From an uncultured Methanoregulaceae archaeon (GTDB taxonomy: Archaea > Halobacteriota > Methanomicrobia > Methanomicrobiales > Methanospirillaceae): a stretch of DNA of 64,000 bases. Positions 41,601 through 52,945 of this stretch are shown piece by piece. The notes below the pieces were generated by a model. The model made no database searches and was not told the DNA's origin. It was given only the letters and a program-made list of their open reading frames with translations. The position numbers and the translations under genes were made by a program. The DNA is taken from assembly GCA_963841015.1 (NCBI GenBank), contig CAWJAX010000002.1, forward strand, positions 32,001-96,000, in the 5' to 3' direction. Positions within the stretch are counted from its first letter, which is position 1. Every line of letters begins with the position of its first letter.

Positions 41601-44373
41601 TCAAAGAGATGGTGCAGGCTCATGCATACTGGCGGATGAAGGGACTGGTCGTCGATCTGGTGATCTGGAACGAGGACCCGTCAGGATACCGGCAGGAACT
41701 GCAGGACGAGATCATGCGCCAGATACCCCAGGGTGCTGATTCATCGTTATTAAACAGGAACGGGGGAATTTTTATCCGGCGTCTTGAGCAGATGTCAGAT
41801 GAGGATCGTATCCTTATACAGACCGTGGCAAGGGCTGTAATTTCAGACCATGGAGGTACGCTTGCCGAGCAGATGGAACATGCCGGCTGGGATGAGATTG
41901 CAGTCCCGGCCCTGCTCCCCAGCAGGAAACCGTACCCTGAACAAAACGCCGGTCCTGGTACGACTGGCAAAGGACTTCTCTATTTCAATGGTACCGGGGG
42001 ATTTTCTCAGGATGGCAAAGAGTATGTCATCATACGGGCAAACGGGACGGTGACTCCAGCACCCTGGGTGAACGTGATTGCCAACGAGAAATTCGGGACG
42101 GTCATATCAGAGAATGGCAGCAGTTATACCTGGAGTGAGAATGCTCATGAGTTCAGGCTGACACCCTGGATGAACGATCCGGTCCTCGATCCCTCCGGGG
42201 AGGCTCTGTATATCAGGGATGAAGAGACCGGCATATTCTGGTGTCCGGCCGCATGGCCTGCCCGAAGAGCACACCAGTACGTGACCCGGCATGGGTTTGG
42301 GTATTCTGTATTTGAGTATTGTGAGGAGGGGATAAGCACTGAACTGACCGTTTCTGTCTCCATCGACTCTCCGGTTAAATTCATGGCTCTCCGGATCAGG
42401 AACAGATCGGGTCGCACCAGGTTCCTGTCTGTCACCGGGTATGCAGAATGGGTTCTCGGGGAACTGAGATCGAGATCGCTGTTGCATGTGATCACGGAAA
42501 TGGATCCGGTATCCGGAGCAATTTTTGCTAAAAATCCCTATAATAGTGAATTTCCTTCACGAGTAGCGTTTCTTGACGCCAATATCATAAACCGGACCGT
42601 AACGGGTGACCGGTATGAGTTTATCGGACGGAACCGATCACCGGACAAACCTGCTGCTATGGAGCAGACCCGTCTCTCCAATAAAGTCGGAGCGGGCCTG
42701 GATCCCTGTGCCGCAATGCAGGTCCCCTGTGAACTTGCCAATGGAGAAGAACGTGAGATTATCTTTACCCTTGGTGTCGGACGGGATAGTGATGATGCAA
42801 GAACTCTTGTTTTGAAAAACCGTGGAGTCGGTGCTGCACACGAATCACTTGTCGCAGTAAAAGAATACTGGAGCCGGACGCTGGGAGCAGTTAAAATTAC
42901 CACTCCTGACCTGTCAGTGGATCTGCTCGTCAACGGGTGGCTTCTCTACCAGACAATTTCCTCCCGGCTGTTTGCACGTTCCGGTTTTTATCAGTCAGGA
43001 GGCGCCTTCGGGTTCCGTGATCAGCTGCAGGACGTGATGGCACTCATCCACTCCCGGCCTGAACTGACGAGGAAACACATTCTTCTCTGTGCCGGACACC
43101 AGTTTGATGAAGGTGATGTCCAGCACTGGTGGCACCCGCCCATGAACAGAGGAGTGAGGACCCACTGCTCTGACGATTATTTATGGCTCCCGTTCGCTAC
43201 CTGCAGGTATGTACTCGGCACCCGCGATACCGGGGTTCTGGATGAGAAAATTCCGTTTATTGAAGGGCGAAAGGTGCTCCCTGAGGAAGACTCGTATTAT
43301 GACCTGCCGAACCAGTCAGCGATTTCCGGGACCCTGTATGAACACTGTACACGTGCTATCCGGTGGGGATTGAAGTTCGGGAAGCACGGTCTTCCTCTGA
43401 TGGGGACCGGTGACTGGAACGACGGGATGAATCTTGTCGGAGCAGAGGGCAGAGGAGAGAGTGTATGGCTGGGATTTTTCCTCTTTGACCTTCTTATGCG
43501 GTTCCGTGAGATCGCAGAGCTCCACCAGGATCCCGCGTTTGCGGAATTATGCAGAGTGAACGCCGGGTGGATTCGGGAAAATCTGGAAAGAGATGGGTGG
43601 GACGGAAGTTGGTACCGTCGTGCATTTTTTGATTCGGGCCAGCCACTTGGATCTTTTGTAAACCCTGAATGTACGATAGATTCTATCACCCAGAGCTGGG
43701 CTGTCCTCTCAGGAGCTGCTTCCGGCGAGCGGGCAAAAAAAGCTCTTGAGGCAGTACATCAGTACCTCATCTTACCCGGTGACCGCCTTATCACCCTCCT
43801 TACCCCGCCATTTGACACTTCTCCCCTTAATCCCGGGTACATCAGGGGATATGTCCCCGGGTCCGGGAGAACGGGGGACAATTTTCCCATGCTGGTATCT
43901 GGGTTGTGATGGCTTTTGCAGCTCAAAAAGATTTTTTGAGAGCGTGGGATCTGTTGCCGTTTTTAAGTCCGATCCACCATAGCAGAACACCCGGGGATGT
44001 CAGCAAGTACCGGGTGGAGCCGTATGCAATCGCTTCTGATATCTATGCTGCCCCTCCCCATACCGGAAGGGGTGGCTGGACCTGGTATACGGGGTCGGCC
44101 GGGTGGATGTATACGCTCATCCTCGAATCGCTCCTTGGAGTGCGGCTGTCAGGGAACATTTTAACGTTCAATCCCTGTATCCCGTTGACATGGAGATCGT
44201 ATCAGATTGAGTACCGGTATCGGTCCACATTATATCATATCATAGTTCAGAACTCCGGTACGGGATCTGGTGTAAAATCCATTGTCGTTGACGGGATTGA
44301 CCAGGCTGAGAAGACTATTTATCTGGCAGATGATCAGGGAGATCACCAGGTAGTGGTGGAACTTGGGGTGTGA
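35603..44373 (+). CDS. ndvB: Cyclic beta-1,2-glucan synthase (Cgs/NdvB/ChvB-like: GT84, glucoamylase-like cyclisation domain, GH94); one frameshift near 43860
   Basis: EWLLDNFY, GELWAIP, WMGYERKRG, ITLDTDT, SHDLLEG, RRHRWIRGDWQ, SWSGSMFEYLMP, QSGGAFGFRDQLQD, GDWNDGMN, GY.PG.RENGGQ, GRGGWTWYTGSAGW. Confidence 0.9.
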
Positions 44374-44511
44374 GACACCTTGAAAAAGTATCAAAGGCGG
44401 TAAAGAGTTCCGGTGCAGCCAGCAGGAGGTACGGGACAAGAAGGTACGTGTGATGCAAACGCCATCGAATATATATGAGAAGAGGAGAATAATCGCTGGT
44501 TTGCGAAGATA

Positions 44512-46266
44512 ATGTGGCTCCTCTGGAAGTATTTAAAGCCGCAAAAATGGCTGATACTTGTCGCGCTCGTGTTAGCGGGTATCAGTCAGCTGCTGAACCT
44601 CGTCGATCCGGTTATTTTTGGAAAGATCATCGATGATTATGCCTTAAATCCAGATAACCTCCCGGAAAATGCACTGGTCGCGGGGGTGCTTTTCTGGCTG
44701 GGAGTGGCCGTCGCGGTCGCGGTGCTCGCCCGTCTTGCCAAAACGTTCCAGGATTATTTCGCACGACTGGCAGTACAGAAGTTCGGGATGCAGATATTCA
44801 ACGATGGACTGAAGCAGACGCTTCGCCTGTCTTATGACGAGTTCGAGGACCAGCGGAGCGGCGAGACGTTATCGGTATTGCAGAAAGTACGGTCGGATAC
44901 CCAGAGCTTCATCAATTCATTTATCAATATCCTCTTCTCCGCTTTCGTGGGAATTTGTTTTCTCATCGCGTATTCCATCACAAAGAACTGGCTGCTGGTA
45001 CCTGTTTTTATCATTGGTATTCTCGTACTGGGATCGCTCACCGGGTTGCTGAGTAAAAAGATCAAGACTACGCAGAGAGCGATCAACCGCGAAACGAATG
45101 AGATGTCGGGGGTGATCACCGAATCCCTCCGGAACATCGAGCTCGTGAAAAGTCTTGGCCTGACCTACCCTGAAATCCGGAGATTACAGGAACAGAATTT
45201 AAAGATCTTCAATTTGGAGATGACGAAAGTAAAACGGGTCCGTCTCCTGACGTTTTTCCAGGGAACGACCTTAAGCATCCTGAAGCAGTCGATATTGTTC
45301 ATCCTCCTCTGGTTAATCTTCCGGAACGTCCTTACCACGGGGGAACTGGTATCAATGCAGTTTATCACCGCTATCATCTTTGTTCCTTTGCAGGACCTTG
45401 GCACCATAATCGTGAGTTACCGCGAGGTTGAAGCTTCCGTGAGTAATTTTCACCAGCTGATGCAGAAGCCGGTTGAAGAAAGACCGGAAAACCCGATCGA
45501 GATCGACGAACTGAACGATATCCGTTTTGAGGAGGTCGTTTTCCATCACAAGACTTCTCATTATAACGCTATCGATGGAATTTCTTTCCATGTGAAGACA
45601 GGTGAGACGATCGCGTTTGTCGGTCCTTCCGGTGCAGGCAAGTCAACGCTCATGAAGCTCCTCGCGGGGTTATACCGGCCTGACCGCGGGGAGATATATT
45701 TTAACGGTCAGCCCTCTTCACTGATCAGGTATAACCCGTTACGCAGACAGATAGGTCTGGTAACGCAGGACCCCCAGCTGTTCTCGGGTACCATAAAGGA
45801 GAACCTCCTGTTCGTGATGCCGGATGCAACCGACGGGCAGATGATGGATGCATTGCACAAGGCTGCGTGTGATGATATATTGAGTCGTTCTACGCTTGGT
45901 TTTGACGCGCTTATCGGCGAGGGCGGTATGATGTTGTCAGGTGGTGAGAAGCAGCGTATTTCAATTGCAAGGGCTTTATTGCGTCATCCCCGCCTGTTGA
46001 TCTTTGATGAGGCGACTTCGGCACTCGACTCACTCACCGAAGAGGATATCACGAATACCATCAGGGATATTTCCACGAGCAAGGACCAGATCTCTCTTTT
46101 GATAGCTCATCGTCTGTCTACCATACTGCACGCAGATGTGATCTATGTAATGGAGGCGGGAAAGATCGTTGAGACCGGGTCTCACGAGAGTCTTATTGAC
46201 CAGAAGGGTTTATATTACGCAATGTGGCGTCAGCAGATTGGTGAACGCAGAAATGTCGCGGGTTGA
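44512..46266 (+). CDS. ABC exporter, fused permease/ATPase (MsbA/NdvA-like architecture)
   Basis: TM domain, GPSGAGKST, LSGGEKQR, LIFDEATSALD, IAHRLST. Confidence 0.9.
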   Translation: MWLLWKYLKPQKWLILVALVLAGISQLLNLVDPVIFGKIIDDYALNPDNLPENALVAGVLFWLGVAVAVAVLARLAKTFQDYFARLAVQKFGMQIFNDGLKQTLRLSYDEFEDQRSGETLSVLQKVRSDTQSFINSFINILFSAFVGICFLIAYSITKNWLLVPVFIIGILVLGSLTGLLSKKIKTTQRAINRETNEMSGVITESLRNIELVKSLGLTYPEIRRLQEQNLKIFNLEMTKVKRVRLLTFFQGTTLSILKQSILFILLWLIFRNVLTTGELVSMQFITAIIFVPLQDLGTIIVSYREVEASVSNFHQLMQKPVEERPENPIEIDELNDIRFEEVVFHHKTSHYNAIDGISFHVKTGETIAFVGPSGAGKSTLMKLLAGLYRPDRGEIYFNGQPSSLIRYNPLRRQIGLVTQDPQLFSGTIKENLLFVMPDATDGQMMDALHKAACDDILSRSTLGFDALIGEGGMMLSGGEKQRISIARALLRHPRLLIFDEATSALDSLTEEDITNTIRDISTSKDQISLLIAHRLSTILHADVIYVMEAGKIVETGSHESLIDQKGLYYAMWRQQIGERRNVAG

Positions 46267-46474
46267 GGGTGTTTTGTCCAGACGGAGGGCACCCCAAGGA
46301 TATTGAGTTGACTCAAGTTTTCACCCAGATACCCCGTTAAATCCCCCACAAGATGCACTGATCTGGAAATGGATGACAACCATATGGTAGAGTTGGGAGA
46401 CAGGTAATGAGTGGGTCCGGCAATCGATTGATGCTCTACTAAAATCTTATAAAAAAATCAATTTCATTATCTTT

Positions 46475-46948
46475 TCAAATTTTTCTGATTTTTCGTGCAG
46501 TCAGGATAAGATCCTTAATCTCCGGTGGCAGGTGTTCATCCTGCCACCTTCTTTCTGCATCAGTTGACTGACCTGCATGGTTCACGGCTTTCAAAGCATA
46601 CCACGCTGCTCCCAATGCATGGTCAGCCATATGAGCAGTTGCAACAGCCTGTCCAACGGAACGGGCCACTGTCCTGGCAGTCGGGTCTGAAGATTCTCGT
46701 GCTGCAGCATGTGCAGCTACTGATGCTTTCATCGCATCACCAACGGAAGCATTTCCTGATTTCCACTCATGAGCCACATGGAGGGCATGTATGAGGCGTT
46801 CATCAAGGGTTTCCCCGAAGAGATGCACTACATGCTCTGCACAATTGCACGCCCAGGTAATTATCTGATAGTGCTGTTCCTTTTTCAGCGGTCCACCCCG
46901 GTGTTCTGCAATAAACCGTTTGTCTCGCATGTGTGCATTTCTCCGCAA
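46475..46948 (-). CDS. Imm5-like putative immunity protein
   Basis: WA..CAEHV..LF..D.R...AL..A..W..G...AHAAAR....ARSVGQAVATAHMADHALGAA.YALKAV. Confidence 0.7.
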   Translation of the reverse strand: MRRNAHMRDKRFIAEHRGGPLKKEQHYQIITWACNCAEHVVHLFGETLDERLIHALHVAHEWKSGNASVGDAMKASVAAHAAARESSDPTARTVARSVGQAVATAHMADHALGAAWYALKAVNHAGQSTDAERRWQDEHLPPEIKDLILTARKIRKI

Positions 46949-46974
46949 TGGTTCATTCTGTTATGTCGTTTTTG

Positions 46975-47281
46975 CCGGTGTTTCCAGAGGAGAACATATT
47001 CGGGAGCCTGAGCTGCCTCTGCAGGTCTTCTTGTATGGCTTTTTCCAGTCCGCGATCACGGAGGGATCAAAATGGGATGTGTCCCCCTTCTTTGCAATCG
47101 AGACGTGATCCTTTTCTGCCAGCAGGATGGCAAAAAATTTTCTTTGCTTCACCAGCCTCACATTCTTTTTCGCTCTCTCAAGACCCATCCAGCGGATAAT
47201 AACGGATTCATCAGTAATGCGGGAAGGATGGGTCATTGCAAGCAGAAGATCTCATCCGGAATGTAATAAACCCGGTGGCCG
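46975..47281 (-). pseudogene. Degenerate 5' portion of the DUF61 gene plus its upstream region
   Basis: MTHPSRITDESVIIRWMGLE..AEK..KKGDTSHFDP versus MSHPPRITDESVLVRWMGLE..; frameshifted and truncated. Confidence 0.85.
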
Positions 47282-47459
47282 TGGCGTACTGGGGATACCA
47301 TATACATGGTTCCGGAGACCTGCGGGTTCTGGGTGACGGGATTTTATATTATGGGATGAGAAAGTACCATTTGACTGAATTACCGTTCGTTCAGGAATTG
47401 TATATATCCCTATGACACCTTATCTTTCATTCACCGATTATTGGGGAGGGTTGAGCTGA

Positions 47460-49055
47460 ATGGATACCGTGCCGGTGATTTGGGGCGTCCTGAGAATAAT
47501 TTTGGGTTTTCTCTTACTGGTCGGTATTCCCGGCTTTGCCATATCGCTGGTCTTATTCCCCCGTTTAACCGATTTGAGTGTTCTCGATCGGCTGGTATAT
47601 GCCGCGGTGCTGGGTATCACCTCAGCTATCGCTTTTGTAGTGTTCATAGATCTTTTGCCCGGGCTCGAACTTTCGCTTGAAAACCTTACTATCATTGCCA
47701 GTGTTTTTTCAGCTGGTGCGCTCATTGTCTGGTTGTGTGAGCGGTGGTACCTGAACAGACGGTTGATACCTCATGCTGAACAACAGAGCCCTGAAGATTC
47801 ACCGGACCATCAGAGATATTATTCCCGGGAAATAAACGCCGCAAAGGACCAGTTCCGCCAGGATACCCGGACCGTTGTCGTCTACCATGAAAGCGAGCGA
47901 TTATCCGGCATGAACTTCATCAGCCATTCCTTTCTCCTGGATGTCGGAGAAGAGATTGATATCCAGCAGGTTGTGGAAAACAAGGGGAAAGGCACTGAAA
48001 GTTTTCCTGATTCTCCTTATCCAAAAACACGGTATTTTGAACTGATCCTACTCGAGCATGACGAGAGCCCGTTCTCACTGGTCGATGATCTGCAGATCTA
48101 TCCGGTTCACGTCACCACGAAATCTGACTCAAAATCCTCCGGCACGACCCTGCAACGTGACTCTCTCCTTATCACTGAAAGAATCTATTCAAAGACCAGT
48201 ACCGAGGAGGTCCAGTGGATCTACAGCCATGATTTCCACATTCTTGCATTCCTCCATGCAGAGGATACTCTTGCCCGGATGGTTGATCGGGTCCTGGGAA
48301 TACTTGACGAAATAGTCATTGCAGCAAAAAGCGGTGTTCGTTTCACTCCATCTTCTGAAGACCGGCAGAGGTTAAGAGCCCCATTCGATGCGGTCAGTGA
48401 AGAGCCTCGTGGTACTGCGGTTAAAACACCGGAGATTTCTCCTCGCCTGGATGTGCCGCCTGTTGTTCCCCATGATAAATCCCGGCGTCCGGTAATCCTG
48501 CCGGGCGGCAAGGACGAGGAGACCCTTGGAGACAGGCAAGGCGAGATCTGGGTTGCAACAACGGGATTGCCCAAACGCCCGGCAATCCAGACCCGTGGTG
48601 AACCAAAAGAGACCCCCGGGCGCCAGGAATTTCAGTCCGGGGTTCTTTCCCGAACGATACCTGAACCTCCGGTAATCCAGCCTGGTGAAGGACAAGAAAA
48701 TATCCGGAAAATCCCGGATATGCAGCCCCACGTTCTGCCGGTAGATGGAAAGGAACCCCCGGTACCGCAGACCGTTGTTAAACAAGAAACAACTCCGATG
48801 CGCCCGGAAGGGCAACCCCGCATTCTGTCAAAAAAGAACATGTCCCCCGTGGAAAACAAGATCGAGGTTGCATCTATCAGGAAATTACAAAAGAATATCC
48901 TGCGGGATCTGAACATGTATGATTTAAATCCGGATTCGTTCAAGAGATCCCAGAAGATCATTGATAAAATCCAGATTCCCAAAAAGGCCGACGTGAACAA
49001 AAAATTATCTGATTCTGAAGAAGAAATGCTGGATCTGAACTGGCTCTATGAATAG
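47460..49055 (+). CDS. DUF1616-like membrane protein with a long Pro-rich C-terminus
   Basis: LRIILGFLLLVGIPGFAISLVLFPR...L..LDRL N-terminal TM block. Confidence 0.65.
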   Translation: MDTVPVIWGVLRIILGFLLLVGIPGFAISLVLFPRLTDLSVLDRLVYAAVLGITSAIAFVVFIDLLPGLELSLENLTIIASVFSAGALIVWLCERWYLNRRLIPHAEQQSPEDSPDHQRYYSREINAAKDQFRQDTRTVVVYHESERLSGMNFISHSFLLDVGEEIDIQQVVENKGKGTESFPDSPYPKTRYFELILLEHDESPFSLVDDLQIYPVHVTTKSDSKSSGTTLQRDSLLITERIYSKTSTEEVQWIYSHDFHILAFLHAEDTLARMVDRVLGILDEIVIAAKSGVRFTPSSEDRQRLRAPFDAVSEEPRGTAVKTPEISPRLDVPPVVPHDKSRRPVILPGGKDEETLGDRQGEIWVATTGLPKRPAIQTRGEPKETPGRQEFQSGVLSRTIPEPPVIQPGEGQENIRKIPDMQPHVLPVDGKEPPVPQTVVKQETTPMRPEGQPRILSKKNMSPVENKIEVASIRKLQKNILRDLNMYDLNPDSFKRSQKIIDKIQIPKKADVNKKLSDSEEEMLDLNWLYE

Positions 49056-49132
49056 CTTTTTGCCAGTAAAAACAAATCCGGGCTAGTGCAGCTGCATCCC
49101 CCGAACATCCCCTCCGTCCAAGTGTACATTTT

Positions 49133-49363
49133 TTAATGTTCAATAAACTGATTCGTTGATGCCAGATACAACCCGAGATAGACGCATTCTTTTTTTGTAA
49201 AGGTTGGTTCATCCGCGATTAAATCAATCAGTTGTAATGTGGTCATATACGGACCAAAACCGGAAGTGTCCACTAACTCAGACAGACGACTTATCAGTTC
49301 CTTGTGGCGTCTGACATTAATGCCAATCTTCTCAATTGTCCTCCCATCATCTTCATTTTCCAT
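49133..49363 (-). CDS. Hypothetical protein
   Basis: 76-aa ORF with protein-like composition, convergent on the DUF1616 gene. Confidence 0.4.
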   Translation of the reverse strand: MENEDDGRTIEKIGINVRRHKELISRLSELVDTSGFGPYMTTLQLIDLIADEPTFTKKECVYLGLYLASTNQFIEH

Positions 49364-49771
49364 GCTAAATCACAAGCGCACTGTGACATCTCTATTCAAA
49401 TGATAAAAGAGTATTGAATTCATACTTTTTTAAAAAAACAATTCCAATCAGAGCTAAAAAACATTTGTCAAAAAATGAAACACGAATTCTGTAATGAATT
49501 GGATTCCTTTCATTTTTCACGTCTTCAATCATTTTTTATTAAGTAGTTAAATTGGGACTATAGCCTAAGCAAAAAATATAATACCGAAAAATTCCCGCGA
49601 TATCGATAAAAGACCGTACACCAGGAGACTGGTAAAAAACAGGGATACCACACACTATTTATTTTTAAAACGAATATTCCCTGTTATGGCATTAATGCCC
49701 ATAGTACATCGAACACAGATAAATCTGACAAAAAGTGAATTCCAGGCAGGGAAAAACCTGAAAAAAGTCTT

Positions 49772-49901
49772 AGCTGCCGGTGAAGGAAGAGCACAGAGAA
49801 ATCTTCAGAAATTACTGCACCGCAGACAAAAAAATCCCGGGAGAAATCCTGAAAAAAAAGGGGTGCGTGGTTTTTTTATATAGAAGAAAAAATACGGATT
49901 T
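49772..49901. repeat. Non-coding direct repeat, copy 2 (43-bp perfect core 49772..49814)
   Basis: Matches 33444..33572. Confidence 0.9.
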
Positions 49902-50027
49902 AATCCTGCATGGAAGAACCCGGGAAAATGAGAGGGAAAATGAGAGGGAAAATTCACTCATTTTTTTAATTCTTTCCGGGCTTTTTCCAGCTGCTTAAGG
50001 CTTCCTTACGGTATTTCCTGCTACTTC

Positions 50028-50195
50028 TTAAATATTACAATTTTCGATGGTGTACCAGCTGTATTCACAGTGCCCGCAGACATAGGTGGCCGTTTCCTTC
50101 CGGTAGTGCACATCTGTATGACCGCATAACGGACAGGGAATACCGTGATCCGTCCTTCCTGTGTTTTTGGTTCGTCCTATGGCGCACCTGTACAA
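50028..50195 (-). CDS. Small CPxCG-type zinc-finger microprotein (about 50-55 aa)
   Basis: ..GRTKNTGRTDHGIPCPLCGHTDVHYRKETATYVCGHCEYSWYTIENCNI*; start either TTG 50195 or ATA 50180 after an AGGTG RBS; not in the ORF track. Confidence 0.6.
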   Translation of the reverse strand: MYRCAIGRTKNTGRTDHGIPCPLCGHTDVHYRKETATYVCGHCEYSWYTIENCNI

Positions 50196-50236
50196 GATAC
50201 TAGTGAAGCTTACTAAAAAAAAGATTCTAAGGGTTC

Positions 50237-50425
50237 TTACTGCTTTGCCAGATTGGATTCAAAAGCATCGAGATGATTCAGGGAGCCCTGCAACAGGTTA
50301 CTGGACACATTCCTGATATCATTGTGGCTGTAGCGATGCCTTCGTTAAGGTCATCGATATCTGTCTCTTCTATGATGACCCCCACTTTGAATGCTTCGAC
50401 CTTTGAAATACTCCCCTGCCGGATT
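50237..50425 (-). pseudogene. C-terminal remnant of a DUF2202-like ferritin-fold protein
   Basis: QGSISKVEAFKVGVIIEETDIDDLNEGIA / HNDIRNVSSNLLQGSLNHLDAFESNL across a frameshift; N-terminus absent. Confidence 0.6.
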
Positions 50426-50689
50426 CATCATACCTTTTTATTTTCACCCCTGTTACAAAACAAAAAAATCACGAAATCTCTTTCTCCCCAATACGACAGG
50501 TCGTCCAAAACGCGAATATGAAGGTTGTTTTTCCGGGGTAAGGGTAAAAAAAGGGAAATCGGGCTTTAGAGAGAGCCTCAATGACAACCAGAACATGCAA
50601 CAAAATTGCCCGTAAGAGATTATTGCGGATCAACTTGGTTAAAAAAGGATGGGACTATGTCCATCTATGAATTTTACGTTACCTTGAAC

Positions 50690-50936
50690 TCAGACGTTGC
50701 GGCCAGACTTGTGCGGGCCCGGGCTTTGATAATCATTCGGAGTGCAGTCGGGATTTGGACAAACACCACTTACCGTCTGCTGGTCCGCATTTTTGGTACC
50801 CTGCCAGTTATAGTCTTTCGGTTCGCAGTCAGAATTTGGACAGTCTGGATTTGGACAGACCGCAGCACTCACGGGGAGTGCGATAAAAGCTGAGGAGCAT
50901 CAGAACCGCTCCGGCCATTAATAATTTCTTTACCAT
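50690..50936 (-). CDS. Small secreted Cys-rich peptide with repeated CPNPDC motif (1-nt indel in the signal peptide)
   Basis: MVKKLLMAGAVLMLLSF/IALPVSA-AVCPNPDCPNSDCEPKDY..GVCPNPDCTPNDYQSPGPHK. Confidence 0.65.
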
Positions 50937-51244
50937 AGATATTCTCTCCTGATTGATGCCGGGAATCCCCGTGCATACTCTTTGATATAACAGGTCTTGT
51001 ATAAACCAATTTATGATAGCAACAGCTACACATTCTATCCAGTTCGTTATACCGTTTTATTAAAAATCTGCTCTGTTGAAATCCGAATTTACATCAGCTG
51101 ATGGAAATGGTATTCTCCGCCTTGGAATGAAGATTCGGTGAAACCCTCAAAGCTCGGAAGTACCATAACCCCGTATGGGGGAGATGATGTGTAACTGCCG
51201 CTATGAGATTGTATATATGGAGCTTTTCTGCATAGGGTACCAGG

Positions 51245-52673
51245 ATGAACAGGCAATCCAGCCGGGTATTTCTGATCCTTTTGCTGGTCATTGTTGTTGC
51301 TTGCGTTCCAGCACAGGCTGTCCGTGGAGGTCAATCCACACCATCATCCATGGGGAACGCCCATGGCACCCAGGTTAACGTCTCTCCGGTGGTGTCTGCA
51401 GCTGCATCGACAGAATCTGCGGGGAAAGTACCGGCAACGGATACCGGCCGCATTGTCTCGTTGTCGTCCCTTGTTCAGGATGGACCCGAGGTGAAGACAT
51501 CCGATACTACCGGCCGCCCATCTGCGACCGACAAAAGTACGCAAGCTGGGCCCGCTTCCTCATCAGGTCCGTCCAGTGATTCTTCTGGTCGATCGGATGT
51601 CAGCAATAACGGACGTTCTGATGCAGCAGGAGGAGCGCAATCTCCTCGACAAGCCGCAGGGGAAAACGCAGCCGGAATGCCCGATACAGCGCGAAGTATG
51701 GGATCTCTTCAGGGAACCGAACGGGAGGATATCAGCCGGCATTCCTGATAATCAAGGACAATCCAGAGAATCGGGGAAAATGGCTGGAATGATGGTATTA
51801 CCCGGCGGAGTAGCTGTCGCCCGGTCTGTGTCCGGGAACGAGAACAGCAATGCCCCTGTACCAAATGCCAATCACGGATCATTCCCGTATCGGCACCATC
51901 ACGGTCCTCCCGCACAATCCGGTAGTTATCCCTGCGGTCCTGCACAGGCAAGCCCGCTCCCTCAGGCGCCAGGCCAGACCCGTGACGAGTCCAAAGAGGA
52001 GACTCCTTCGCGGCAACGGTCCAAACGGATTGGGTTCCTGTCATGGATACTGGATCCCATCGTTCCCGACGCTGCATCATCTTCTTTCCCTCTGCAGTCG
52101 CTCTTTCCCCTCAACATGCTGGTATTCGGGGGTTTCCGCCGAATTTCAAAGAAGAATGTGCTGGAGCATGGTGCACGAAATGTCATATATCAGGCAATTA
52201 CCGCAACACCCGGTATCGATGTGAAGACGCTTACCGGCATGACCGGTATCAATGAGAATACCCTGCGGTATCACCTCGACAGGCTGGTTGCAACCGGAAA
52301 AATCAGCTGCTTTACCCGTCCGGGTGTCGTGCGGTACTTCCAGAACCAGGGAGCATACAATCAGTTTGAGCACAGGGTGTTCCACTATCTCTGGACCGAT
52401 ACTCCCCGGGGGATCCTCTGGCTGCTTTTCCAGCACCCGGGACTGACCCGCCAGCATATTGCCGATGCTCTTATGATCGCCGGCCCTTCGGTCACGCGTC
52501 AGATGGACAACCTGACAGGCGACGGGATAGTGGAGAACCGGTTCCCCGGCAGGTCAAACCACTATTACCTGACCCAAGAAGCTGCCCTGACAATCGAGAA
52601 GGTGATGAGCAAGGCTCCGGTCATGATGCACAAAGAGACTGTTGTTATGCCAATATCAGCATCAGCGGGATGA
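51245..52673 (+). CDS. Signal-peptide-bearing double winged-HTH transcriptional regulator (frameshift at about 51700-51750)
   Basis: Signal VFLILLLVIVVACVPAQA; low-complexity region; GFRRISKKNVLEH.AR..IY..I...PGI..L....GINENTLRYHL; second HTH PGLTRQHIA..SVTRQM..L..DGIV. Confidence 0.75.
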
Positions 52674-52945
52674 GTTGCTCATCGCTTTTTAGATCTCCTC
52701 ATTTGTTTTTTGTTTCTCTGCTGGTAAAATCCAGGGAGGATGATTTCCGGTGTTCATAATGCCCGTACCAGGTATGGTTCAGGATGAGTCGTTACCCTTC
52801 GGAGGGGATGGTCATTCCCCCATTCCCGCATGGGCGGATATGTAGCTTACTGTTCGAGAAAAGGCTTGATAATCCCTGCTGATGGTTTGATGGAAACGGG
52901 TGAACAAAGGACCAGTCGTCCCCCACCCGCCAGGAATTGAGAACA

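Noticed and set aside
49922-49953. Short tandem repeat gggaaaatgaga, about 2.6 copies
   Set aside because: Too short and low in complexity; likely slippage.
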